Source of the DNA: a virus
Taxonomy: Duplodnaviria > Caudoviricetes
Direction: 5' to 3' (one strand)
DNA length: 40,691 bases
Virus record (IMG/VR): IMGVR_UViG_3300044667_000092
Span: 1 to 40,691 of that record
Below, piece after piece: positions 26,578-35,236 of this stretch. Position 1 is the stretch's first letter. Each line of letters begins with the position of its first letter. The notes under the pieces were generated by a model. The model saw nothing but the letters and a program-made list of their open reading frames with translations, did not search any database and was not told the DNA's origin. A program made the position numbers and the translations under genes.

Positions 26578-26771
26578 GGTCGTTCTCCCCGGGTGCCTAG
26601 GCGGCAAAGGTTCCCCTGCGCAGGTTAGGTGACCCTTAACAATTGCCGCGTGTTCCTGATTGAAATGTCAATCTGACATTTGGGGTGACCGTTTGTCACT
26701 AGCCGATACGCGTCCGTATCCGGCCACAGGACCCGGTAAACCACGCAGCTCACCATAGTGCGACCACCCGG

Positions 26772-27200
26772 TCAGGGTGCTGCATCCCCTTGCGCGTCGG
26801 GGTTTTCGGCCCCTCGGTTCGCCGACTTCAGAAGATCCAGCACGGCCTGCTTCTCTCGTTTGCCCGCACGTCGGGCATTTTCGACGATCTCTGCGATGAG
26901 GCGTTCATTTTCGTCCATCATCGCCTCGGCCTCATCCATTGGGGAGCGAGCCTTCTTTGGTACCCACAAACCAAGGTGTCGGCGGACCTCGATCTCGTCC
27001 AATTCAAAGAACTCGGCGAGCTGCTCGGCGCGCTCGCTAGGGACCTCGACGCCGCGGGTCTCGTAGTTGTTGACCGCCGTCTTGTCCCAGCCGAGCTGGC
27101 GCGCCAGTTCGGCCTGCGTGGCGATGCCGCGCAGCTCGCGCTGCCGCCGGAGCCAGCGGCCGGCGGCGGTGGGTTCGTTGCGTCTGCCTCTGGTGGACAT
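26772..27200 (-). CDS. immunity repressor (XRE/cI-like HTH)
   Basis: WLRRQRELRGIATQAELARQLGWDKTAVNNYETRG; divergent from the cro-like gene. Confidence 0.88.
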   Translation of the reverse strand: MSTRGRRNEPTAAGRWLRRQRELRGIATQAELARQLGWDKTAVNNYETRGVEVPSERAEQLAEFFELDEIEVRRHLGLWVPKKARSPMDEAEAMMDENERLIAEIVENARRAGKREKQAVLDLLKSANRGAENPDAQGDAAP

Positions 27201-27207
27201 GGCGCCC

Positions 27208-27311
27208 AGTGTCGCACGGCATGCGACGCCTTTGCATGTGCGTCCCTGCTGGTCAACGCCGTTTTCCGCGCGGCGCTTGACGCGCGTCGCACGGCATGCG
27301 ACGCTCCATCC
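27208..27311. promoter_or_regulatory. lysis/lysogeny switch with two identical operators
   Basis: GTCGCACGGCATGCGACGC at 27211-27229 and 27286-27304, each with dyad GTCGCA-N5-TGCGAC. TTGACG(27277)-N17-GACGCT lies 6 nt before the cro ATG. Confidence 0.82.
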
Positions 27312-27680
27312 ATGCAAAGCAGCGACCTGAACGCGCAGTGGGGCGGCCGCCTCGCCAGAGCGCGAGAGGCGTTGGACATGTCCATTCGCGAACTAGCTCA
27401 GCGAACCGGCATCCACACCTCCCACCTCGCCCGCTTCGAGCGCGGTGAGGCCGGTCTCGGCGACGAGCACCGCATCCGCGTCGCGGCCGAAATCGGCCAG
27501 CAGGTGGCCGACCTGTTCCCCTACCCCGACATCCCGGAGACCCCGTGCCGAAGTGCGGCCAGTGCAACGGACGCGGGACCGTCCCGAACCCGAGCGACAA
27601 AGGCGGCAACCCGATCTCCTGCCCCATCTGCGGCGGAACCGGCTCCGTCGGGACCCGAGGGGAGCCAGGCCGATGAGTGA
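27312..27680 (+). CDS. Cro-like XRE HTH protein
   Basis: RLARAREALDMSIRELAQRTGIHTSHLARFERGE...VADLFP, then a low-complexity tail. Confidence 0.85.
   Translation: MQSSDLNAQWGGRLARAREALDMSIRELAQRTGIHTSHLARFERGEAGLGDEHRIRVAAEIGQQVADLFPYPDIPETPCRSAASATDAGPSRTRATKAATRSPAPSAAEPAPSGPEGSQADE
27545..27676 (+). CDS. overprinted DnaJ-type zinc-finger mini-protein (43 aa)
   Basis: GGAG RBS then GTG: MPKCGQCNGRGTVPNPSDKGGNPISCPICGGTGSVGTRGEPGR, two CxxCxGxG motifs. Stop overlaps the antirepressor ATG. Too short for the ORF track. Confidence 0.72.
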   Translation: MPKCGQCNGRGTVPNPSDKGGNPISCPICGGTGSVGTRGEPGR

Positions 27681-28464
27681 AATCCAGCCCTTCACCTTCC
27701 CGGCCACCGGCCAGGCCGTGCGCATCGTGCAGCGCGACGGCGAGCCCTGGTTCGTGGCCGCCGATGTGGCGGACGTCCTCGGCTACGGCGGCGGAGCACG
27801 CAACGCCATCGTGCGCATCCCCGAGCGCATGAAGGGTGTTGAGGACGTCAACACCCCCGGCGGCATCCAGAAGATGACGGTCATCTCCGAGTCGGGCGCC
27901 TATCGGCTGGTGATGCGGAGCAATCTCCCGACCGCCGAGGCGTTCCAGGACTGGCTCGCCGAGGACGTCGTCCCGGCGATCCGCCGGACGGGCTCGTACT
28001 CGGTGGCGACCGCGCCGCGCCTGCCGGACCTGGCGAGCCCGGAGGGCGTGCTCGCGCTGGCCGAGCAGTTCCACGAGACCGCGAAGGCGCTCGTCGCCGC
28101 CGGCGAGAAGATCGCCGAGCTGGAGCCGAAGGCCGTCGCACACGACCGCTACCTGACCGCCGACAAGGGCGACCGCCTCGTCCGCGAGGTCGCGAAGCTC
28201 CTCGGCTGGCGCGAGAAAGATCTGCGCGCGTTCCTCCTCGACGAGGGCCTGATCTTCCGCAAGCAGTCGGTGTGCAGCACCTACTACTACGACGCGTACG
28301 CCCGGCACGCCGAGCACTTCCGCCCGGTCGAGAAGGTCGTCGAGCACACGTGGGGGCCGTGCTCCCACTACACGCTGTACGTCCGGCCGTCCGGCGTCGA
28401 ACTGATCCGCCGCCGCATCGAGAAGCGGAAGGCCGCGATCGAGCAGTCCATCGGCGGTGCGTGA
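27673..28464 (+). CDS. antirepressor (BRO-N plus ANT/KilA-C)
   Basis: VRIVQRDGEPWFVAADVADVLGY, ISESGAYRLVMRS, FQDWLAEDVVPAIRRTGSY, ELEPKA, VREVAKLLG. Confidence 0.92.
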   Translation: MSEIQPFTFPATGQAVRIVQRDGEPWFVAADVADVLGYGGGARNAIVRIPERMKGVEDVNTPGGIQKMTVISESGAYRLVMRSNLPTAEAFQDWLAEDVVPAIRRTGSYSVATAPRLPDLASPEGVLALAEQFHETAKALVAAGEKIAELEPKAVAHDRYLTADKGDRLVREVAKLLGWREKDLRAFLLDEGLIFRKQSVCSTYYYDAYARHAEHFRPVEKVVEHTWGPCSHYTLYVRPSGVELIRRRIEKRKAAIEQSIGGA

Positions 28465-28679
28465 TGGCGGCGCCGAAGCTCTACCGGATCCCGGAGGCCG
28501 CCGCGCTGCTCGGTGTCAGCCGGCAGACGGTCTACAACCTGATCTCTTCCGGCGCGCTGGAGTCGTGCGACATCGCGCCGCCCGGCTCGACCCGCCCCAT
28601 GACCCGCGTCTCGGACGCCGAGATCGAGCGGTTCATCAAGGCCCGCAGCCGCAAGGCCAAGCACCTGCGCTCGGCCTGA
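28464..28679 (+). CDS. excisionase-like HTH protein
   Basis: LYRIPEAAALLGVSRQTVYNLISSG...RVSDAEIERFI. Confidence 0.82.
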   Translation: MAAPKLYRIPEAAALLGVSRQTVYNLISSGALESCDIAPPGSTRPMTRVSDAEIERFIKARSRKAKHLRSA

Positions 28680-28769
28680 CCCCCGACGTAAATCGGGCCC
28701 GCCGTCGTGACCGGCGGACCCGCGCGAGAGGACACCCTCGCGCCCCCCATCGTACGAAAGGACACCCTG

Positions 28770-28943
28770 ATGCAGTTCCCCACCCTCCTCACCGCCCGCG
28801 AGACGGCGCCGCTGCTGGACGTGGCGCTGAGGACCCTGCACCGCCGGGCCGCCGCCGGGAAGGTCCCGCACTACGTGATCGGCGAGCAGCGCCGGTTCGA
28901 CGAGGCCGAGATCCGCGCGCTGGCCGCCGGGGGTGCGAAGTGA
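28770..28943 (+). CDS. second excisionase-like HTH protein
   Basis: GAAAGGA RBS; LLTARETAPLLDVALRTLHRRAAAGKVP...RRFDEAEI. Confidence 0.8.
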   Translation: MQFPTLLTARETAPLLDVALRTLHRRAAAGKVPHYVIGEQRRFDEAEIRALAAGGAK

Positions 28944-29206
28944 GCGACCTGACCGACCTGGCCGCCGCGATCCACGAGGCACTCACGCCGCCCGTGCCGC
29001 CGCACGACGACACCGCTGGGTGGCGCCTCTACGACCGGCTGATCGTCAACCGCACGTGCCACGTGCGGGGCGTCCTCGGCGCGCTCGCTGGCGGCGATGA
29101 CAGCAAGCCGACGATGGCGGCCACCATCCGCGTCATCGCCAAGACCGACGAGCTGATCCCCGTCAACTACCGCGTCCGCGACGAGCAGCCGGGGAGCGGG
29201 TCGTGA
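28940..29206 (+). CDS. hypothetical protein
   Basis: GTGA-coupled at both ends; typical codon bias. Confidence 0.6.
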   Translation: MSDLTDLAAAIHEALTPPVPPHDDTAGWRLYDRLIVNRTCHVRGVLGALAGGDDSKPTMAATIRVIAKTDELIPVNYRVRDEQPGSGS

Positions 29207-29436
29207 GCGCCGCCGAGTTCGACGCCGAGCGCTTCGAGGCGCAGGCCGCGATGGTCGTCGACCTGTACGAGGCCGCCGTCATCAGCGAGGACACCGCCAT
29301 GGACATCCTCGCCGACGCGTCCGGACAGCCCGGCTGGCGGTGCGCCATCGCGCTCGGCCAGGAGATGAAGGACCGGCTGTGGGCGGCCGAGTGGCGCCCG
29401 CTCAAGCGTGGCGACGACGGGACGTGGATGTCGTGA
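29203..29436 (+). CDS. hypothetical protein
   Basis: GTGA-coupled at both ends; typical codon bias. Confidence 0.6.
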   Translation: MSAAEFDAERFEAQAAMVVDLYEAAVISEDTAMDILADASGQPGWRCAIALGQEMKDRLWAAEWRPLKRGDDGTWMS

Positions 29437-30413
29437 GCGCGAAGCTGCTGATTCCGCCGACCGCGAGCTACGAGGAGTGGAAGGCCAAGCGAGCGGAGCT
29501 GTCCCGGACGGCCGTGACCGCCTCGGAGATCGCGATCATCCTCGGCATCTCCCCGTGGGGGTCGCCGTTCAACCTCTTCCATCTGAAGCGCGGCACGATC
29601 TCGGCGGACTACGACGACGACGTGCTGTCCCTCGGCCGCCACCTGGAGCCGTGGATCGCCGACCGCTGGGCTGCCGACCACCCCGGCGTCGAGATGGGGC
29701 TCGGTGGCCTGTTCGCCTCCGTCGAGCGGCCCTGGCAGATGGCCACCCCGGACCGGCTGCTCGACATGCCGGACGAGGACGGCAGGTACGGCGACGGCGT
29801 CCTGGAGATCAAGACGTCCGGCACGTACGACGGCTGGGGCGAGGACGGCACCGACGAGATCCCGCCCTACTACCGGGCACAGGTGCTGTGGCAACTCGAC
29901 ACCCTCGGCCTGGAGGTCGGGCACGTCACCTGCTTGTTCCTGTCGTCCCGGCAGCGCCGCGACTACGTCATCACCTACGACGAGACCGACGTGAAGCTGA
30001 TGCGCGACGCCGCGACCGAGTTCCTCGCGCTCGTCGAGCAGGGAATCGCCCCCGACATCGACCACACGCCGGCGACCGCGCAGGCCCTCAAGCAGCTCTA
30101 CCCGCTCGACGCCGAGGCGGAGGACGCGGAGATCCCTGGCGACCTCGCGAAGGACTGGCGGTTCGCGAAGGCGTCCCTGGACGACGCGCAGGAGAACTAC
30201 GACCTGCTCACCAGCAAGCTCCGTGCCGCCATGGGCTCTTCCAAGCGCGCCGTCGTCGACGGCCGGAAGGTCGCCACCCGCTCCGTCTACGAGAAGTCCG
30301 GCGTGCAGATCAAGCGGCTGCGCGCCGAGTTCCCGGACGCCTACGAGGCGTGCCGCACCACCAGCACCGTCGACAAGCTCACCCCATCGCGGGCGAAGAA
30401 GGACGCATCATGA
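29433..30413 (+). CDS. YqaJ / lambda-type exonuclease (RecE partner)
   Basis: VTASEIAIILGISPW, GRHLEP, ATPDRL, LEIKT, YYRAQVLWQL. Confidence 0.92.
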   Translation: MSAKLLIPPTASYEEWKAKRAELSRTAVTASEIAIILGISPWGSPFNLFHLKRGTISADYDDDVLSLGRHLEPWIADRWAADHPGVEMGLGGLFASVERPWQMATPDRLLDMPDEDGRYGDGVLEIKTSGTYDGWGEDGTDEIPPYYRAQVLWQLDTLGLEVGHVTCLFLSSRQRRDYVITYDETDVKLMRDAATEFLALVEQGIAPDIDHTPATAQALKQLYPLDAEAEDAEIPGDLAKDWRFAKASLDDAQENYDLLTSKLRAAMGSSKRAVVDGRKVATRSVYEKSGVQIKRLRAEFPDAYEACRTTSTVDKLTPSRAKKDAS

Positions 30414-31243
30414 CCACCGTTTCGCAGGCCGTGGAGAAGAAGAACAACGGGCCGATGGCCGTCGTCGACCAGTCGTCCGGCTGGCTTGGCGGGCTGCTCC
30501 CGTCCCATGTGGACGCCGGGTCGTTCGTGTCGCTGGCGAAGGCGCACCTGCGCAAGGACAAGAAGCTGATGGAGGCCGCGACCTCCGACCCCGGCGGCTA
30601 CATGATGGCGCTCACCGAGTGCGCCCGCCTGGGCCTGGTGCCCGGCGACACCTTCCACATCGTGCCGTTCAAGAACCGGCGCACCGACCGGTACGACTTC
30701 ACCGGCATCACCGACTACACCGGCGAGATCGAACTCATCTACCGGGCCGGGGCGGTGTCCTCGGTGAAGGCGGAGATCGTCTACACGGGCGACGAGTTCC
30801 GGTTCACCCCGGACATGGACCGCCCGCAGCACGCCCCGAACTGGTTCGGGGACCGCGGCGAGATGATGGGCGTCTACGCCTACGCCGTCATGAAGGACGG
30901 CTCGACCTCCCGCGTCGTGGTGATGTCCCGCGACGAGGTCATGCGCGTGAAGGCCGTGTCCAAGACCGCGTCGTTCTCCGACTCCCCGTGGAAGCTGTGG
31001 GAGGACCGGATGTGGCTGAAGACCGCGATCCACCAGCTCACCAAGTGGGTGCCCACCAGCGCCGAGTACCGGCGCGAGCAGCTCCGCGCGGCGGTCGAGG
31101 CCGACAACCTGCGCACCGGTCAGCCGCCCGTCGCGACCGTCACGCAGCCGCCGGCGGATGAGCCGGTGGACGCGGAGATCGTGGACGCGGACGCCGACGC
31201 CGCCGCGCAGGCCGCCGCCGAGGCGGAGACGGGCGGCGAGTGA
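30410..31243 (+). CDS. recT: RecT-family single-strand annealing protein
   Basis: CARLGLVP, HIVPF, YTGEIELIYRAG, GVYAYA, SPW...MWLKTAI...KWVPTSAE. Confidence 0.92.
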   Translation: MTTVSQAVEKKNNGPMAVVDQSSGWLGGLLPSHVDAGSFVSLAKAHLRKDKKLMEAATSDPGGYMMALTECARLGLVPGDTFHIVPFKNRRTDRYDFTGITDYTGEIELIYRAGAVSSVKAEIVYTGDEFRFTPDMDRPQHAPNWFGDRGEMMGVYAYAVMKDGSTSRVVVMSRDEVMRVKAVSKTASFSDSPWKLWEDRMWLKTAIHQLTKWVPTSAEYRREQLRAAVEADNLRTGQPPVATVTQPPADEPVDAEIVDADADAAAQAAAEAETGGE

Positions 31244-31467
31244 TGGCCGACAACGATCCGACCACGCGCACCGTCGCCGCCCTCGTCCACGCCGAGTGTG
31301 GGCACGTCGCCGGGGTCGCCGACGACCACGAGACCCTCCGCGAGCAGGCGAAGGCGCTCGGCGTGCAGGACCCGCAGTGGGAGGCCGCCGACCTGGACGT
31401 TGACGACGCGATCGAGCGGCTGCTCGCGGGCGCCTGCCACGTCTGCCGGATCGAGCGCACGCCGTGA
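31243..31467 (+). CDS. hypothetical protein, possible Zn-binding (HxxCxH...CxxC)
   Basis: Coupled to recT; HAECGH and CHVC. Confidence 0.6.
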   Translation: MADNDPTTRTVAALVHAECGHVAGVADDHETLREQAKALGVQDPQWEAADLDVDDAIERLLAGACHVCRIERTP

Positions 31468-32093
31468 CCTCGCCGGATCCGCACGGGGAGGTGCTTCGCC
31501 GGGCGCTGCACGCCACCGCCGAGCAGGTCACGCCCGGCGAGGCGCTCCCCGCGATCCGGGCCCGCACCGCCCAGTGCTGCCCCTGGTGGCGCCGCACCCT
31601 GAACACCCTGCTCGTGCGGCGCCACCGTCGCGAAGACGTGGTCGACCTGCTCGCACTGACCCTCACACGCAAGAACGGCGCCCCGGGCTGGACCCCCGGG
31701 ACGCCGCCCATAACGGCCGTACCCATGGAAGGAGCCACGGCCATGTCTCACAATCTCACGTTCGAGCGGACCGCGCTCGGCCACCAGATGCAGGCCGCGC
31801 TCACCCTCGCCCACCTCATCGAGTCCGGGCCGCGCGAGGAGGCCGAGTGGAAGGTGGACGGCATCGGCCGCCTGCACGGCCACGTGAACCGGCCCCACTC
31901 CGACATGGGCGCCCGCGCCGCGATCGACGCGTTCGCCAACTTCCTGCGCGCCGACGTCAAGCGCTCGCAGGGCCGCAACGAGCACTCCGAGTGGATCCAC
32001 CTGTCGACGTCCGCGACGTACCGGGGCGTGCCCGTCAACGTCTGGACGCACGTCGCCATCCGCTCGATCAACCCCCACGGGAGCACCCGATGA
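31464..32093 (+). CDS. hypothetical protein (alternative start at 31743)
   Basis: Coupled ORF; a strong GAAGGAG RBS precedes the in-frame ATG 31743, so the start is uncertain. Confidence 0.55.
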   Translation: MTSPDPHGEVLRRALHATAEQVTPGEALPAIRARTAQCCPWWRRTLNTLLVRRHRREDVVDLLALTLTRKNGAPGWTPGTPPITAVPMEGATAMSHNLTFERTALGHQMQAALTLAHLIESGPREEAEWKVDGIGRLHGHVNRPHSDMGARAAIDAFANFLRADVKRSQGRNEHSEWIHLSTSATYRGVPVNVWTHVAIRSINPHGSTR

Positions 32094-32443
32094 GCTACGA
32101 GTCGCGCGCCTACGACAACGAGCACGGCGACCCCGTGGTGGTGCTCGTCGTCACCGGCACCCACGACGTGTCCCGGCTGATGAACCTGCTCGCCGGAAAC
32201 CGCATGGCGCTGTGCGAGCACCTCGGCCTCGCGCAGCGGATGCTCCGGCAGGTCCGGCGCCACAACGGCGGGCGCGCCGCGCTGAAGCTGCTGCGCGAGC
32301 ACGGCGGCCCCGACCTGCTCGACACCGCTCAGGCCCGCGCCGAGGAGCGGGTGCTGAAGGTCCACGAGGACGAACTCGCGCGCTTCCGCTCGCAGGAACG
32401 CGGCCGGGACATCTCCCGCGCGCAGGACGGCGGCGCCCGATGA
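32090..32443 (+). CDS. hypothetical protein
   Basis: GGAG RBS; ATGA coupling at both ends. Confidence 0.6.
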   Translation: MSYESRAYDNEHGDPVVVLVVTGTHDVSRLMNLLAGNRMALCEHLGLAQRMLRQVRRHNGGRAALKLLREHGGPDLLDTAQARAEERVLKVHEDELARFRSQERGRDISRAQDGGAR

Positions 32444-32841
32444 CCCCCGCCGAGGAACTGCGCGCCGCCGCGACGAAGGTGCGCGAGACCGCGAGCAAGG
32501 CCACGCCCGGCCGCTGGCAGAGCGAGGTTCTGCCGCCCAACGAGCGCTTCACTCGCCCGGCGTACTGGGTGACCACGGAGTACGACGACAGCGACGGGAC
32601 GACGGACGTGGTGGTTGCGGATTGCCCGTGGCGTGAGGGCGACGCCGAGTGGATCGCGCTGGCCTCCCCGGCGCTCGCCGAGCCCCTCGCCGCCTGGCTA
32701 GAGGCCGTCGTCGGCCTGATCGGACAGCACCCCGACCTCGCCCGGCGCCACGTGGACGACGAGCCCTGCAACAGCCCGCACTGCCACATCGTCCACAACG
32801 CCCTCGCCGTCGCCCGAGCGATCAACGGAGACCCCCGATGA
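32440..32841 (+). CDS. hypothetical protein (Ead/Ea22-like motif)
   Basis: EELRAAA...KATPGRW...DAEWIALASP...LAAWLE pattern common in phage early genes. Confidence 0.6.
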   Translation: MTPAEELRAAATKVRETASKATPGRWQSEVLPPNERFTRPAYWVTTEYDDSDGTTDVVVADCPWREGDAEWIALASPALAEPLAAWLEAVVGLIGQHPDLARRHVDDEPCNSPHCHIVHNALAVARAINGDPR

Positions 32842-33548
32842 CCGAGATGCACGTGCCCGCGCACATCACCCTGACCCGGCGGATCGCGCAGCAGGAAGCC
32901 GCCGCCGTCACCGCCCTCGCTGTCACCGAGCAGCAGCTCAGGACGCAGCTCGACGAGCACCAGCGCGACGCCGCCGCCGAACGCGACCGGATCGAGGCCG
33001 AACTGCGGGCCGCCCGCGAGAAGGCCGAGAAGCACCTGGAGGCCCTCGCCGAGACCGGCCGCCGCCTCACCAGCGAACTGACCGGCGTCGGCCGCCAGCT
33101 CCAGCGGCACCACGACGAGGCCACCGAGGCACAGCACACCGTCCTCGCCTGGTGCACCCGGGCGGGCATCTCCCCCGACGACCTGCCGCCGCTGCGCGAC
33201 ACCGGCCCCCTGCCTGCCATCGCCGCGCCGACGGCGCCGGAGATGCCCGACCGGTGCGACGAGTGCGAGACCACGGGCCGGAACTGCACGGCGCACGGCG
33301 GCCGTCCCGGCATTCCGTACACGCCGCCCGCCGAGCCGAAGCTGCCCTCCCTGGAGGTCTCGGACGCGGTGCTGGAGGCCGGACGCCGCGCCGCCGACCC
33401 CGGCGCCACCCGCGTCGACGCCGGAGGTGACCAGCCCGCCGAGGGCCCCTTTCCGGGCGGCGTGGAGAGCCCTGCGGGACCGCGTCCGAAGCGGGCCCGA
33501 CGGCGCCCACAGAGCGACCGCGTGAACGAGCAGGACGGAGACGCGTGA
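32838..33548 (+). CDS. coiled-coil hypothetical protein
   Basis: Long heptad-rich N-half, CxxC-x5-CxxH, Pro-rich tail; coupled to neighbours. Confidence 0.6.
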   Translation: MTEMHVPAHITLTRRIAQQEAAAVTALAVTEQQLRTQLDEHQRDAAAERDRIEAELRAAREKAEKHLEALAETGRRLTSELTGVGRQLQRHHDEATEAQHTVLAWCTRAGISPDDLPPLRDTGPLPAIAAPTAPEMPDRCDECETTGRNCTAHGGRPGIPYTPPAEPKLPSLEVSDAVLEAGRRAADPGATRVDAGGDQPAEGPFPGGVESPAGPRPKRARRRPQSDRVNEQDGDA

Positions 33549-33730
33549 TGGCCGAGCCGATCGAACCGATCCGCGACGCGATCGAGGTGCTGGAGCAGGC
33601 CCCCTGCACGTTCTGGGCATGCAAGGGCCCCGACGCACCGTTCGAGCACATGGTCACCTGCCGGGTCTGCGCGGCCGTCCAGGACCTGCGCAAGATCCTT
33701 GCCGAGTTCGGCGTGGAGGCGGGCCGGTGA
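33548..33730 (+). CDS. small Cys-rich hypothetical protein
   Basis: CTFWAC...CRVC; coupled to neighbours. Confidence 0.55.
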   Translation: MAEPIEPIRDAIEVLEQAPCTFWACKGPDAPFEHMVTCRVCAAVQDLRKILAEFGVEAGR

Positions 33731-33957
33731 CCGCGATCCCGCCGTGGGTGTGGCTCGTCGGAGCCGCCGCACTCCCCGCCCTCGCCATCGGAGCCCTCGC
33801 CATCGGCGCCTGCATCGGCGGCACGAAGATCAGCCGCGAGCACGCCCGGCCCTGCGCCGACGAGCGCTGGTACGAGGACGAGGCGCACGACCCCGGCGAG
33901 CTGCTGTACGAGCCGCCGGCGCCCGTCCACATCCACCCCGGACGAGAGGCGCCCTGA
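33727..33957 (+). CDS. small membrane protein
   Basis: N-terminal hydrophobic helix; GGAGG RBS; coupled at both ends. Confidence 0.55.
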   Translation: MTAIPPWVWLVGAAALPALAIGALAIGACIGGTKISREHARPCADERWYEDEAHDPGELLYEPPAPVHIHPGREAP

Positions 33958-34478
33958 TGCGCTATCTCGCCGCCTGTGCGGCCGGCGCCTACGTCGCCTC
34001 GGTCGTCGCCGCGAACATCGCGACCAGCCACCTCGGCATGGTCCCGGTCTGGCCGGGCATTGCCGCGACCGCCGGGACCTACGCCGCCGGCCTCGCCTTG
34101 TTCTTCCGGGACACCCTCCAGGACACGGCCGGCCGCCACGCGGTCCTCGCCGCGATCGCCGCCGGTGCGGTGCTGTCCGCGTGGCTGGCCACCCCGCAAC
34201 TCGCCCTCGCGTCGGGGGTGGCGTTCGCCGCCTCCGAGGCCGCGGACATGGCGATCTACACGCCGCTGCGCCGCAAAGGCTGGGCGCGCGCCGTGCTCGC
34301 CTCCAACGTCGTCGGCGCCGTCGTCGACACCGTCCTGTTCCTCTGGCTGGCCGGCTTCCCGGTCGCCGCGAACCTGCCCGGTCAGCTCATCGGCAAGGCC
34401 CTGTGGGCCACGGCCGTTCCGGTCGCGCTCGCCACGGCCTGGCGTTCCGCCCGCCGCAAGGACGTGAGGGCATGCTGA
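33957..34478 (+). CDS. VUT/YhhQ-family (queuosine-precursor) transporter-like membrane protein
   Basis: VVAANI, AGTYAAGLALFFRD, ASGVAFAASEAADMAIYTPLR, ASNVVGAVVDTVLFLWLAG, GQLIGK motifs. Confidence 0.85.
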   Translation: MRYLAACAAGAYVASVVAANIATSHLGMVPVWPGIAATAGTYAAGLALFFRDTLQDTAGRHAVLAAIAAGAVLSAWLATPQLALASGVAFAASEAADMAIYTPLRRKGWARAVLASNVVGAVVDTVLFLWLAGFPVAANLPGQLIGKALWATAVPVALATAWRSARRKDVRAC

Positions 34479-35236
34479 CCTTCTACCTCGGCACGCACCA
34501 GCCGCAGTGGCTGGGCCGCACGACGATCCCGCTGTTCATCTCCCATCGGCGCCTCGCCGGCCGCAAGAGCCTGCCCCAAGCCCGGTCGTGGTGGGCGCTC
34601 GACAGCGGCGGCTTCTCGGAGTTGTCGATCCATGGGACCTGGCGCACGACGCCGGAGGACTACGTGGCCGCGGTCGCGCGCTACGACACCGAGATCGGAC
34701 GGCTGTCCTGGGCCGCGCCGCAGGACTGGATGTGCGAGCCGGTCATGCTCGCCACCACCGGACTGACCGTCCGCGAGCACCAAGAGCGCACCGTCGCCAA
34801 CTTCCTGCGGCTCGAACGCCTGTGGGCGCAGACCTCGGACGCCGACTCGCCGTTCATGCCGGTGCTGCAGGGGTGGACCCTCGCGGACTACCTGACCTGC
34901 TGGGACATGTACGAGGCGGCCGGCGTGGACATCTCGGGATACGAGGTCGTCGGCGTCGGGAGCGTGTGCCGGCGCCAGGCCAGCGACGAGATCGGCGCGA
35001 TCGTCGAGGGCCTGCTGGAGCGCGACGACCTGCTGCCCATCCACGGGTTCGGCGTGAAGCTCAAGGGCCTTCAGCGCTACGGCCGCCTGCTCGCCTCGGC
35101 CGACTCCATGTCCTGGTCGTACTCGGCGCGCCGGGATCCGCCGCTGGACGGCTGCACCACGCACATCAACTGCGCCAACTGCCTGATCTACGCCTCGCGC
35201 TGGTACGCCCAGGTCACGGAAGGAGCGGCGGCATGA
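34472..35236 (+). CDS. TGT-fold / DpdA-like deazaguanine transglycosylase
   Basis: LDSGGF, PQDWMCEP, PVLQG, GVGS, IHGFG, ADSMSW line up with TGT-family catalytic and base-binding motifs; C-terminal CxxHxxCxxC. Confidence 0.8.
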   Translation: MLTFYLGTHQPQWLGRTTIPLFISHRRLAGRKSLPQARSWWALDSGGFSELSIHGTWRTTPEDYVAAVARYDTEIGRLSWAAPQDWMCEPVMLATTGLTVREHQERTVANFLRLERLWAQTSDADSPFMPVLQGWTLADYLTCWDMYEAAGVDISGYEVVGVGSVCRRQASDEIGAIVEGLLERDDLLPIHGFGVKLKGLQRYGRLLASADSMSWSYSARRDPPLDGCTTHINCANCLIYASRWYAQVTEGAAA

